Shown piece by piece: positions 50,081-64,000 of a stretch of 64,000 bases of DNA. The notes beneath the pieces are model-generated. The model made no database searches, was not told the origin of the DNA, and saw nothing but the letters and a program-made list of their open reading frames with translations. The position numbers and the translations under genes are program-made. Each line of letters opens with the position of its first letter. Within the stretch, counting starts at the first letter, position 1. The stretch lies in assembly GCF_009914755.1 (NCBI RefSeq), contig NC_060927.1, one strand, 5' to 3'. The DNA comes from the human T2T-CHM13v2.0 reference genome, Homo sapiens.

Positions 50081-52009
50081 ATTAAAATACTCTATTAACG
50101 TCACAGGCTGAATTTAAAATACTTTCACATATGAAACATCTGGATAATGTTTAATGTATGCCTAGTATTCCCATTTTTATCCATGTCCAATAGGTCAAAG
50201 TAAACGAACATTTTGTAATCACTACTGCAGCTGGTCACAACGTATCTATTCTCATATCCAGTCTCATTTTCCTTGCCTTCCTGCCACCCACACACAATTT
50301 ACATTCACCCACTTATAGATCCAAGGCTGGCCAAGCCTAGAATTAATTTCTAGCCAGCAAAAAGATGATCATTTATGTCCTGTGGTAAGTGTTACATCTT
50401 TTGAAAAGTCTCCTTGGTACGGCTACTCCAGATCTCTCATCCTACTGCTCACCCTATCACTGACTGTTTGTTCTGTTCTGTGCTCCCTCTCTTGCTTGCC
50501 CTACAGTCACCTGTTTTCAGACGTCTGGCTGACCTCTTCTAGTATTGGCTCAGCCATTAATTAGCTGTGTGACCATAGGCAAGGTATTTACCTGTCTCCA
50601 TCTTGTCTGTAACCTTAATGTAAAACTAGACCTTCATCAAATTGATTGAGGAATTTAATGCGATATGATGGGGGGCCACCTATTACAATGTTGGCATTAT
50701 AATATATGGCCACTGTTAGAATTAAATGAGTAATAATACAAATAATATTTAGCTAATATTGAGCACTAAAAATTGTATACACATTATCTCATGGAATCCT
50801 CACAACACTAAGAGGCATGTGTTATCATTACTGCATTTAACAGTATAAGAAAAATCTTAGAAAAGTAATTTGCTTAAAGTTATATAGTAAGAAAGTGGCA
50901 GGGCTCTGGGTCTTCAATATTATTTTCAGTAATCTGGTTTCAACAATTGACAAAAGGTACTGTGAGGTGCCACATCAGTCAATATTTTTAAAGAATGATA
51001 TCTCTCACAAAGACTATGGCTATTATTAAGATAATACTATACTTTTGAATAGAACTGTAGTGCTTAACAAGTTTAAAGGCCGAGATTTCCAAAAATTCAG
51101 TGAGAACTATAAAGCCTCTCCCAAGGAAAATACATGCATAACCTTACATGCATAAACTTGCAAATAATTTCAGGGCTTCAAGGACCCTTGGAAGTATATC
51201 CTAGACCTCTCTAGAAGTCCATGGTGCCCAGGTAAGGACTACTACAAAACAGCAAGAATTCACAGCCCTCTTGTTTTCTAGTAAGTTGAGCCTGGAACCC
51301 CCAAACAACCTATTTCTTCTTAACCCATATCTAGTTAGTCACACATTTCAATAATTTCACCAGTTCCTTACTATTCCCAGTGAGGCTGCTCCCTTTAAAC
51401 ACTCTTTACTTAATGTCCGAGTTGTTGCAGTGGTTTTTTAACTGATCTTTTAGGCTTTAGTCTTTCCCTCTTTAACAAATCCAGGTTATTACCACTACTC
51501 AGTTTAAAGCAACAAATCCTCATTGAATAGCTACTATTTTTTATATACATGCTTTTTGCTGCAGTCACAGAGAGGAAACATGCCTAGCTCTTCACCTCAA
51601 GTAGCTTATGGGTCAGAGGGGAAGATAAACAATTCATTTTAATATAACTGCTATGCAGAAATAAACACAAGGTACTAGAACTTTCCCAATGGGGAGAAGG
51701 GAAGATGCTTGTATGATATTGCATGGAGAGATCAGAAAGGCTTTCTAAAACCCAAACTTAATTTTAAGGACAAATAGAAGTTTTATAGAAAAATAGGAAC
51801 CGTTGGCAGGGGTGGGGGATAAATGAGGAAGAGGGAAATTTTTCAGACAAGTTATCCAGGGTGAACAATTCTGACTACTACATAGATCTTTCTAAAACAC
51901 TGACTTAATCATTTCATTGTCTTACTTGGACATATTCAACAATTCTTCATTGCATATAGGATTTATTCTTCAACTCTTTTAAAACCCAACTCAAGTCCTT
52001 CTTTCATGA

Positions 52010-52446
<437 letters not shown>

Positions 52447-52780
52447 GTCTTAGTGAATTTCTTGCACAAATCTTGTACTATTCCATTTTATCAATAGGTG
52501 GTAACCATCTTATCAATAAGGAACCTATTGCTTTACATCTGTCCCAGCCTCTTGCCCACAGTAGAATCCCAATCAATGTTTTTGAACAGGAAATACACTT
52601 TCTAATAAGTATCAAACTAATAAGGCTGTGACCCAATAGACACGAGAGCTGATCCTTCTCTGTCAATACTCATTGAATGGCAATCAATTTATCTTCTCAG
52701 TGCCTCAGTTTTCTTATCTGTGAAATGGGAGAATAACTAAGTCAGATGATAAAATCACAACATTTGCTATTAAAATATAA

Positions 52781-53258
<478 letters not shown>

Positions 53259-53644
53259 CCAAAGGAAGTTTTATTACTAAAATATTTAAAGGATCTCATA
53301 CTACATTTAGACAAAGTAATATGATTATTTTAGCTAACATTCAACTGCAGGATGATGTCCAAAATTATATATCTAGTATATTACAGATAATAAATAATGG
53401 GAAGCACTCGAGTATTTTGAGATGATATCTTATTGGCCTCAATTCTAAACTAGATATACACAAAAGAGGGAAAGGAGAAGTATTTCTTAAGCAGTAACTA
53501 TAATCTAAATAGTCACTCACATGCTCCTTTCTACTGTAGCTTAAATATAAACATTCTTATGGGTGGTTTTTTTTTTTTTTTGGCATATACTAACTTTGCT
53601 ACCAAAGAGATATTTTACAACAATATAGAATTTATTACAGTTGG

Positions 53645-54060
53645 TGTTATGGGTTGAATTGTGCATACCCCCTTTCCCAAATTCATGTGTTGAAGCCCTA
53701 ACCCCCAGTATCTTTTAATGTCACCTTACTTGGAAATAGGAATGGGCCTTAATCCAATATGATCGGTGTCCTTATAAGATATGAGAACACCACACGAAGA
53801 CAGATGGCTACATGACAACAGAAGAAATAATTGGAGTGATTTATCTATAAGGAGAGGAAGACCAAGGACTTCCAGCCACTATCGGAAGGTAGGAAGAGGC
53901 AAGGAAGGATTCTCCTAACGGTCTCAGTGAGAGCATGTTGTGCTGACACCTTGATTTTGACATTTAGCCTCCAGACTGTGAGAGAATCAATTTCTGTTGT
54001 TCTAAGTCACCTACTCTGTTGTGTTGTGCTGTTATAGCAGCTCTAGGAAATTAATGAAGT
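53645..54060 (+). mobile_element. MLT1 (MaLR) LTR
   Basis: tgttatgggttgaattgtg...aattcatgtgttgaagccctaaccccc...ttatagcagctctaggaaattaat. Confidence 0.85.
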
Positions 54061-55499
54061 TGATTAAGCTGTTCCAATTTTATCAAAATACTTAGTTATC
54101 AGTTTGAAAACCATTTCACATTTATTCAGATGTAAAAGAACCACCGCATTCAGTAATAAAATATAAATCTGCCAGTCTACCCCAAACATTTATTGAGCCT
54201 ACGTTGTTTTCTCTCTTCTCTACCAAACACATATTTTAAACGGGTATTTTTCTGTTGTGAAGAAATTGTTCCTTTTGGGAGAAATGTATTTCAGAACTTT
54301 TAATCCATGATTTTGGTGCTCAGGAAACTTAATTCATAAACAGGTTCTGATAAGTTAAAATTGTTAATGAACTAAATACATAAGCAAATTGTTCCTTTAA
54401 CAAATCAGAAGACATTAATTTAGTAAAAAAGTGAATGCATTTTACATGTAATGCTGTATTAGTGTGATTAAACAATAACAAATTTCTGTCCTCTGAATTT
54501 AGAAAGAAAAAAATCTCACTTTTCCTTCTCTAGAGAGAAGTTTTGAAGTAAATGGCTAATGTCCTATTTTTCATGATGCTATATGTATGGAAAGGTGGGA
54601 AAGCTTCATCAGGGTCCTCAAAGAGAATAAATTAGAGTGACCGGAAAGTTGAATTCTGGTTTTTAAGATATTTAAAATTAAATAAAGAGAAATAATATAG
54701 AATTTCTTTCCTTGAAAATATTTGTGTAATTTAATTCAATAATACTCATTTAGCACATACTATATACCATGAAGCATGCTAGGAACAACAGAAACTAAAA
54801 TGAGCAAGACCTAACCCGCTGTCCCAGAAATCACATTTTAATAGGACAGACAGGAATGTGAGCAAGAAATAAAAGTGCAATGTAATAAGTGCTATGATGT
54901 GAATTTTCCTGAAGTGTTCTAGAAATATAGATAAGGATTGGTTCACTCTAACTAGGTATGTTTGAGTGCAATAACTTCAAGGGAAACCATGGAGGATTAA
55001 TGGGAACTTATTGGTCAGACACCACAGAGAAGGGCCTGCCACACAGAAGAGAAAGGAGTGGAGTCTGAGAATTCAGAGAAGACAATGTTTCTAGTTTGGT
55101 ATTGACTGGGCAGTGATCTTTTTAACAAAAAAAAATAAAATAAAGCCGTCATTTATTTAGCACCTTTTAGTTGCCAGACTTTGTGCTATGAATAGAAGTA
55201 TGTAATGAGATACTGTAACTGAAACTGCCAAGTTTTTAAATATCATTGGTGGCTGGAATTTGTATGGAAATGGGGAATACAACTGCCAACTATTGTTTTT
55301 GTTTCTATAAAAACGAAGATTCAAATTCAGCTTTTAAGGCAAATTGTTCTTTTGTTTAGGGAAAGCAATACAATGGGCTTTTTCATTTTGCAAGTAGAAC
55401 CAGTGGGATGGAGATGGGGAAGTTTGAGATGACGAGGGCGTAAGCTATTTTATATGATATGAAAACATTGTTTTCACTGAAGTCTCCTGCTATAGATGC

Positions 55500-55801
55500 T
55501 TTTTTTTTTTTTGGAGATAGGGTCTCGCTTTGCTGCCCAGGCTGGAGTGCAGTGGCAGGATCACAGCTCACTGAAGCCTTGAACACATGGGCTCAAGTGA
55601 TCCTCCTGCCTTATCCTCCACGGTAGCTGGGACTACAGGCACACACCACCGTGTCCAACTAATGTTTTTTTATTTTTTTTATTTTCTAAAGACAGGGTCT
55701 TTCTTTGTTGCTCCTGCTGGTCTTGAACTCCTGGGCTCAGGAGATCCTCCTGCCTTGGCCCCCCAAAGTGCTGGGATTACAGGCATAAGCCACATCTGGC
55801 A
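55500..55801 (-). mobile_element. AluJ
   Basis: Diverged dimer with TSD ctatagat(g/t)ctt. Confidence 0.88.
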
Positions 55802-56140
55802 ACTATAGATTCTTGTCACAACTGGGAAGCTGGCCTTAGAGAGCATGGAAGAAAATCTGGGTCACCTTCTCTTTATACTGGGAAATGCTGGAGGACTCTG
55901 AATGCTGAATAGGAGGGAGGTGTAAAGATAACTCTTTTAGGTGAAGGTGGGTGCTAGCACTGTTGCAATGGTAGGCTAAGTATAACAACGGACAGAAGGA
56001 GACTATTTGGTACAAGAAATAGTCTACACTCAAGGAACTATCATAATTGGTACCTGGTTTTAAATTACTTGCTATGTTGTAAGTCCCTTTCACTATCACC
56101 AAGATTTCAGTAAAATTTGCTTAAACATTGAAGTTGTTCT

Positions 56141-56549
56141 TGTATTAGTTTGCTAGGGCTGCCATAACAAAGTACTACAAACTGGGTATCTTAAATAACA
56201 AATAGATTGTCTCACAGTTGCAGAGGCTAGAGGTCTTAAATCAAGATGTCAGCAGTGCTGGATTCTTCAGAAGGCCGTGAGGGAAAAATTTGTTCTATGC
56301 CTCTCTTGTTGATTTGTAGATGGCCATTTTTTTCCCTGTGTCTCTTCACATCATCTTCCCTCCATGCATATCTCTGTCTAAATTTTCCTTTTTAGATGAC
56401 AACAGTCATGTTGGATTAGAGCCCGGCCTAATGACCTAACTTTCATTACTCTGTAAAAATCTTGTCTCCAAATAAGGCAACATTCTGAGTTACTGGTTAG
56501 AACTTCACCATATGAATTTGGGTGGGGGGATGCAATTCAACCCATAACA
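56141..56549 (-). mobile_element. MLT1 (MaLR) LTR
   Basis: tgtattagtttgctagggctgccataacaaagtac...caattcaacccataaca. Confidence 0.85.
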
Positions 56550-56582
56550 GTTGTGCTTGGAAGAATTAAGAGAGAAGTCTGT

Positions 56583-56759
56583 GTCTACACTGTGGGGGTA
56601 GTATGGGAAGTGTGGAGTGTGGCCCTGGAGTGGAGATGCTGATAACAAGGCCAAACGTTCAAAGTTGTCTACACTGTGGGAATAGTTGTATGGGAAGTGT
56701 GGCCCTAGAGTGGAGATGCTGAGAATAAGGCCAAACAGTTCAAAGTTGTCTACACTGTG
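56583..56759. repeat. Tandem duplication of a unit of about 82 bp
   Basis: gtctacactgtg recurs at 56583, 56667 and 56748. The two full units share gtgtggccct.gagtggagatgctga..a.aaggccaaac. Confidence 0.85.
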
Positions 56760-57895
56760 ACAGCTTGGACAGATTTTTGGACTGTGAAACATTCCTCTAA
56801 GGATTCCTAAAAATGCTGTCAAAGGAAATTCTGGTGAAAGCCTGTATTTCTTCCTGTCAATTGAGGTTGGGGCTTATGCATTATTATTTAGACTGAAAAA
56901 TCTAGCAATAAGTATCATTATCCACATTTTATATTGATAAAACCACAACTCAAAATGGTCAAGTGACTCTCCTGAGACCCCACTGGTGGTACATGTCACA
57001 GACAGTTTTCAAACTCAGTAATTTTTTTTTTTTGTCTCCAAGAAAGTGATCATTTCAAAGCTAGGAGAAGTAAATTTGAAAATAAACAATTTAATTTCAA
57101 AAAATATTATTTCATTATTAGAAGGTAAACCATCTGTCATACACACCATTATACCCCAGTGTTTGGCATAGTAGGTGCTAAAAAAAATATTCTTTGAAAA
57201 AAAGAATAATATCAAGTAGAGATATTCAAATGGCTGGGAAATGAAAGAGAAGTTGGGGTTAGAGACTCAGATTTTAAAAACCAGAATAACAGGGATATTT
57301 CTGAGAGAGAGTAAGAGGAGGAAAATTCTGAAGATGAAACTCTGATAAACATTTTTGCTTGGGAACAGAAACAAAATAGAAGTAAGTCAAGGAGCAGGAA
57401 AAATTTCCAGAAAGAGAGAAAGAAATAAGTCAGTAGTGTCCTGGGGACTAAAGGAAGAAAGCTTTTCCAGAAAAAAAGGGATGGTTAATAATACTTTGAT
57501 CAAGATCCCAGAGTTAGGATGAGAGAAGTAGAGGATACTTCTTTCTCCACAATATCAAAGAAGGTAAAGAAAGAGAAGATTAATAAAGATTTACATAAAT
57601 TTTGAGGTGATTTCTATAAATAGAGAGGAGAAAGTTTACCTGATGATAGGTTTTCTTTACGATATAGAAGACTGGCACACTTGTTGGAAGTAAGAGAAAT
57701 CAACCTAGAGTAGTAAGTGAAGGAGAGAAGTAATGTCCTGGTATGGTGTGGGTAGGAGTAAAGAAGGTTCTCTAGAGTAAGGAAGGAGTGCTGAGCTCTA
57801 GTCTCGGTAAAGCCAGAGGTGACTCCTTTCCAGGTTTTTGCTCCAACAAAATCAACAGTTGCAGTAGTTGCAGTAGTTGAAGAACAGGAGTGGCT

Positions 57896-58198
57896 TTTTT
57901 TTTTTTTTTTTTTTTGGATACTGGGTCTCACCCTGTTGCCAGGCTGGAGTGCAGTGGCGCAGTCTCAGCTCACTGCAAACCTCTACCTCCCAGGTTCAAC
58001 TGATTCTCTTGCCTCAGCCTCCCAAGTAGCTGGGATTACAGGCACCTGCCACCATGCCCAGCTAATTTTGGTGTTTTTAGTAAAGACAGAATTTCACCAC
58101 ATTAGCCAGTCTGGACTCGAACTCCTGACCTCAGATGATCTGCCCGCCTCAGCCTCCCAAAGTGCTGTGATTACAGTCATGAGCCACCATGCCTGGCC
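57896..58198 (-). mobile_element. AluS
   Basis: Full dimer with TSD aggagtggctt. Confidence 0.9.
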
Positions 58199-59090
58199 AG
58201 GAGTGGCTTGTTGAGTGGACTCAGAATTGAGGATAGTTGAGAAGAGAATTAGGAAAGGGATAAAGGAGACAAAAACATTAAAAATGTTAATGAGACTATG
58301 ACTGAAATAACTAATGACTAGATCCTGGCTGAGTGGAAAAGGAAGTAAAAACCAAGAGGTTTAAGAGACCAATGGCCAGAAACAGGGGAGCACAAAACAG
58401 TTGGGGCTTGATGAGTTTGAAAGGAAATTTAGAAATAAAACGACAGTATATAATCTATTACACATAAATCTCTTTTTATAAGTTTGGGTAGAGTGTGAAT
58501 TGAGTCATTTGGGCACACCTTTCTTTTTGAAGTTTCTTCTGTCCCTTAGGAGCATGATGTTAAAAATTTAGTTCATAATTATTGCTTCCTGAGATAACCC
58601 TTTCAATTTCCATTTTGTACTAACTACCTAAAATTGACTATAGGATTCTGTTTATAATTCAATGATTGTTAGAGCACTGTCCGTCAAAGTGATATAACAT
58701 ATCTTTCAATTGTGTAAAACATACCATTATAATTATTTTTTTCTTAATAAGAGATAAATATTAAAAATTCCAGTCAGGAAAAAAGTGGAGAAAATTAGCA
58801 TAATAAAAAGACAATAATTCCTTCTAATCCCAACATTCTAATTTTAAGACATATACTTATCTTTTACAGAGAAAACTAAGCACTTAAATTCAGTTCTTCT
58901 CATGGTAAAGCAATGCTAGCACAGGTAAGCCCTGCTTTAGTATCCAAAAGTAGAGTAAAATTTCCAAATACATTTGTATTTTCATTTGTGTCAATAGACT
59001 TTTCAAGTATTTGTTACCTTTCAGCTGACTGCTCAAATTCCTATGTGAGTGGAAACGTAAGAACTCGTATAATAAAATAACATCACCAAC

Positions 59091-59283
59091 CTAGGGAGGC
59101 TTATTTCTACTTCCTCTTCTTGCATCTCAGAGAGCCATTTTAGGATTTGTTGAGCAGTAATTAGTTTTTCCACTTCTTCTATATCCATACCTTCTGCAGG
59201 AAGTATGATAATTAAGCTAAATTCATCACCTTTGTAAGACAATTCTAAAACTTGGTAGTTCAGGGAAGATTCAGAAAAATAAC
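59091..59283 (-). CDS. SERPINI2: SERPINI2 exon (GYFSESSLNYQVLELSYKGDEFSLIIILP...EVEISLPR)
   Basis: AG/GT borders, 193 bp, serpin VLELxY and LPR(F) motifs. Confidence 0.96.
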
Positions 59284-59363
59284 CTGGAATAGACAAAATA
59301 AAATATCAAATATACTTGGCAATTCTCAAGACTATGCTTAGGAACTGTGGTTTCTCACATTAC

Positions 59364-59558
59364 CATATTTTGTTCTCAGAAGAGCCTTCATCATTGGAAT
59401 TTTGACAGTTGAACCATTTTTCTTAGTAAAATTTATCAGCTGTGTGTCCTCTTTTCTGAATTTCTGTTTCCAATCTCCTTTGAAATAAATAGCATTCACC
59501 AGGACAAGCCGAGTCAGAGGGCCAAATTCTTCCCCTGAAAACATGTCTTTAATTTTTC
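59364..59558 (-). CDS. SERPINI2: SERPINI2 exon (GKIKDMFSGEEFGPLTRLVLVNAIYFKGDW...IPMMKALLRTKY)
   Basis: AG/GT borders, 195 bp, serpin LVNAIYFKGxW motif. Confidence 0.96.
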
Positions 59559-60939
59559 CTAGGAAGTGGGTGGAGGAGGAGGTAAGAAGAAATGTGCAAT
59601 AGTGATTCAGTGGAATTGCTTTGAATAGAATTAAAGCAAAAGTGTCTTTTGCAGATCAGTTTTGGATAGGGCATGTTATCATCTAAATATGGTAATTTTG
59701 AGAATAGACGGGATTGCTGTTAAATATTTCATGAAGAAACAGGTGCAAATGGAATTTCACTACGAAATTAGAAATATGAGACTGTTTTAGGCAAACTCAG
59801 ATATACCTAGACTCTCCAATAAGATCATTTGTAACCATTGTATGTCAGACATAAAGAATAAAAATATTACTTCTTCCATATTTACTGGTATTATTCCATC
59901 TATTTCAAGGTCTTCTAAAATGTCAGTCATCATAAGTAAGTTAATGGTACACCCAAACTTGCCATTCTGACAGCTGTGTCCACTGACCATTGGAAAGGGA
60001 AAAGAATGGAGGATACTAGTATGATCCTTTTCCTCCAAATAACTGGTCTCCTATTTCTATGTCCAGTGAGTTTTTCCAAGTTATGAGAAATAGGCATGAC
60101 TGGGTGCCATGGAGCTGTCTAGTGATGTCCTCATTTCCTACAGCTGTGAACATGGCTCACCACGCTTATCTCACACTTTCAACTTATGCTTCCCCATATA
60201 AGGCTTCCTATAAGGCATATGTCTTATAACATCACATTTTTCATAGCTGATTAAATAAAGAAACAAAGTACTATTAATTGAGGGCTTGGTATATGCTTGT
60301 CACTTCACATACATTATTATTAAAACTCCAAAGAATTCTGAAATGTTTTAATAATATCCTCATTTTAAATGGAGCATAGCTTATAACTTTCTAAGATTTC
60401 AACTCAGATTTATATGAATTTGAATTTACTATATCCCTCTGTAGTCAACTATGAAATTTTTTGCTAGCTTGCATTTAAAGTGTAGACTACCATGTTTATG
60501 ATAGAAATATTAACATTTATTATTAAATATTAACACATTCAACTAAAATATGATAATCATTTTCAGCATCTGTGGGAAAGAAGGCATTTGGGATTGACAG
60601 ATTTAACTTCTACCTGGCCAAAGAGATTATTTCTGCTTTTATGCCTGAAAAATCTATGTTTTAACAAAAATTATTATTAAAATTATTTCATTAAAAATTC
60701 TATAAGCAGGTATCTCTCAAAAGAAAATAAAAGAATCAGTATTCTTTTCAAAGCAGCTTATAATTTCTTTCCAGTTTTACAATTTAATATTAATTTAAAT
60801 AACTATGAAATGAAATAGGATATTTGATTCCTCTGATCCATACTGCAGTAGGAAAATATTCAGCCATTCTTTACTTTAGGATATTAAAAACCATGAATAC
60901 AATGGCAAATAATAATTTTATGAAAATGGGAAACTTTAC

Positions 60940-61170
60940 CATCTGTTTTTCTTTCTACCCAGGTACTTATCATCTCTGCACAAGCCTTTGCATCTTGAAA
61001 ATCCACCAGTTTTATAGCACTCTGAAAAAATTCCTTGTTGCCATGGAGATACTGTTCTTTCACAGTGAATCCTTCTTGAAGGTAGAGGGCATTGGCAAGA
61101 TTAAATGTAAATTCTTGTTTTTTCTCTGAGATGGCAGAGAAAAATGACTTCAGTACAAAAAATTCTTCCC
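60940..61170 (-). CDS. SERPINI2: SERPINI2 exon (GEEFFVLKSFFSAISEKKQEFTFNLANALY...ISTWVERKTD)
   Basis: AG/GT borders, 231 bp, open frame, serpin LANALY and WVExKT motifs. Upstream exon(s) not found in the window. Confidence 0.95.
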
Positions 61171-64000
61171 CTAGAAAATAATTTTAATGTATATTGGCAT
61201 ATTGAACAACATAAAAACAACAGCTTTTCAGCTTTGCTATCTAAGTACTCTGATTCATATCACCGTTTTTTGCACCCTTAGGTATAACTAACAATCCCTT
61301 CAAAGTTAGTATAAATATTTTAAGGATGTATCTCCTGTAGAATATGCATTTTGTAGAGAAATCATCTTTTATATAGAAAAAAGAATGTCCATGCAAATTT
61401 GAAATTTGTCAAAAAAAAGAATATGCATTTATAGAAGCTGAAGGAAAGTCCCTCTTGATAGTCACATTTAGCGCATTTTTAGTTATTGAAATTTATGTTT
61501 AGAATCTTATTTGCATAACGTGAGCATGTGATACCTATGAAAAGGGAATGCTAATGAATGCTGATGGGGGCATGACAGTGATGAGCAATCCTTTTCAATA
61601 TTACTTTTATTTCAGCTGAAGAAAAAATTGTTCTCTTATAAGCAACTGCACCTGTACAGGTTTTAAATTTTACAAGGCAACCTCTGTAATCATCTCTAGA
61701 GATGCGTAAGAATCAGAATTGCCTATTTCTACAAGTTCATGAATTTATATACTTTGGCTGTCGACATCAACAATAAAAATCTTTAACCATTTTAACTCTA
61801 ACCACTAGCCAAAATAAGTCAGTCAGGGTCAACTAAAAGAATCACTTTCGGCCTATTATTTATTTTTGGACTGTTCTGACTGTAGTGTTGTCTGGAAGCT
61901 ATATATGCGTATGAGAGAACTCTACCCTGATATTAGGTTCAATAGCTTCCTGTTCATTGCAAAAGTGTACCAACAGTTTTCATTTCCTTCTGGCTTAATC
62001 TTAGAACTCAATCATTAAGTCTTGTAACTCTATTTCAAATAGGTTCTTTCTGGGCCTTCATTATATTTTCAGTTAAATACTGCAAATGCCACTTTCATAA
62101 CCTAAAATTGATATATTCAATTAATCTTTATTCAAGAAAACCGGGTATTACTAAGAGGGACTTACTACTAGATTTCTACTGGAAATAAGGAGGATGTGTG
62201 TGTGTGTGTACCTAAGCTTGTGTAAATACATTTTTTTTTTTAAATCAGAAAGCTAGCAGCCCATAGGTCATCTTTGTGCAAATAAAAATAGTTCCCTCTC
62301 TGGGGGCTGGGCAGCTCCATGGCCTCTCATCTTGTCCAGCTGGGTTACAGAGGCTACATTTCAGTCCCTACTTGCCTTTTTGGCCTGGCGTTCTCACAGC
62401 CTCACAGGAGGCTCTATGAAGTATACTGCATTATATTTCAAACTCCAGGATTCTCTGTTCACTGGTATATAGATACAGGTATAAACAATTTCAGATATAA
62501 AAAAAACTTACTTCCATATGATTAGATCTGAAGAATTTCAGTAATTCTTTATAACCCTGAAATTCCTTACATAAGGAAGGGAAGAAAGTTAAGCCATTTT
62601 ACTTATTTGTACAATGATTTCAGATGTAACCATTTATTGCTATCTGAAGCCTGAAACAAATATCTCAATAGCTGGGAGGCTACAGAAAAGGCTTTCTGAG
62701 TAAAGACACGAGAGCTTTTCCAAAAGAATTAATTAAGGTCAGAAATGAAGTGACAGAATCTGAAACTAATTTTCAGAAATCTGAAATACATGAACATCTT
62801 TAAAGGAATAAAAAAAGAGAGAAAGGGAGAAAAAGTAGTTCCAAATCATTTGTCAAAGCAAATAGATTTATGTCATGTACTTAAGGTCTAAGTCTATGTG
62901 ACAAACAGCTGCCCTTTGATAAACTGTTGAACTCAGAAGTCAATGAAAAAAATGTCACTAAGTAGTACAAGTTTGGAGAAGAATATAACATTATCTGCCC
63001 TATAAATTTTATTTCGTTTCTAGATTAATGACATTTTTAGCACAGATCAAAAATTATATATCTCCTAATAAGTAATGACAACAAGTTTATTTCATTTTCT
63101 AAAATAGAGCCATGGATAACCCACAGGTCATGGGTGAATGTGGCTCTTGATTTGATTGTACCAGACCTCCAGAAAATGTTCTAAAATTCAGTGCATGTTC
63201 TCTTCTGCTAGTAAAAGTCTAAAAGCCAATTTTGTGTGCATATGGGAGATCCAAAGATGAAAACAAACGTAGTCGTAGAATTATAGATTATTTCAGCCAA
63301 AAGGTCCAAATAAATTACCTAACCTCAACTTTTCTTTTTACAGTGAGGAATCTGAGGCCCAGAGAGATTAAGAAGCTTCACAAGTGACATGACTTGTGCC
63401 AAATCACAAGGTCATTTAGTTGCAGAACTGGGACAGGAATTCATGCCCAGTTCTCTTTTCAAAACCCTGTGGAAAAAAGAAGCACATTGAATTTAGCCTT
63501 TGATTCGTCATCAGCATTATCAGAGGTAAAGCAAAAGGGAGTATTAACAGATGTTCAGCAAAATGGAGGAGGTAAATTCAGAGCAGATGTTTTGACAATG
63601 AAGTAAAGAAGGAGAACTGAGGACACTGAGAGCCTTACATAATATATGAGAATTAATATTCTTATTAATATATTAGTGAGAATATATTGCTCTTATATTC
63701 TTAATCCTCACTGAATTATTTTAGGAATTAGCACTGAGCAAATTATTTAACCTTTCTTTGCCTCAGTTTTCTCAGGTTTATTACAAGGTTGTTTACTTAA
63801 CAAAGTAATTATAAATATTAAATGAGAGAATATATATTAAGCACATGAAACAGTGGCTGATATCCTTTCTATATTTTTGATAGTGCGTTATTACTATTAC
63901 TTTATCATGTTCACAATTCACACCTGTTAAAACTTCTGTGTTTCTCTATATCATGTATCCATTTAAAGTAATTTAAGTTTTCAGAGACTCTAATTTATGT

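Noticed and set aside
63638-63705. AT-rich imperfect palindrome
   Set aside because: Short stems in low-complexity AT sequence are expected by chance.

Overview
This is primate, very probably human, genomic DNA rather than prokaryotic sequence, so most of the supplied ORF track is spurious. The right half carries seven coding exons of SERPINI2 (pancpin/MEPI) on the minus strand (61170 to 35992). All have GT-AG borders and join in frame; the exon bearing the start codon was not found and presumably lies beyond the window. The most striking structure is a head-to-tail pair of independently integrated HERV-H (LTR7) proviruses only 103 bp apart. Provirus A (16276-25065, about 8.8 kb) is full length with a decayed env. 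Provirus B (25169-31015, about 5.8 kb, perfect GAATG target-site duplication) is internally deleted and G-to-A hypermutated. Both point towards the SERPINI2 3' end about 5 kb away. The remainder is Alu, L1, MaLR/ERV1 solo LTRs, DNA transposon relics and tandem repeats. Speculative signals include an inverted templated insert in an L1, an ASR-like Alu monomer, a possible relic copy of a SERPINI2 exon and a possible decayed small-GTPase reading frame in an intron. All alignments and counts were done by eye. Repeat subfamily names come from recalled consensus sequences and need confirmation with RepeatMasker/Dfam. I found no convincing new protein-coding system.
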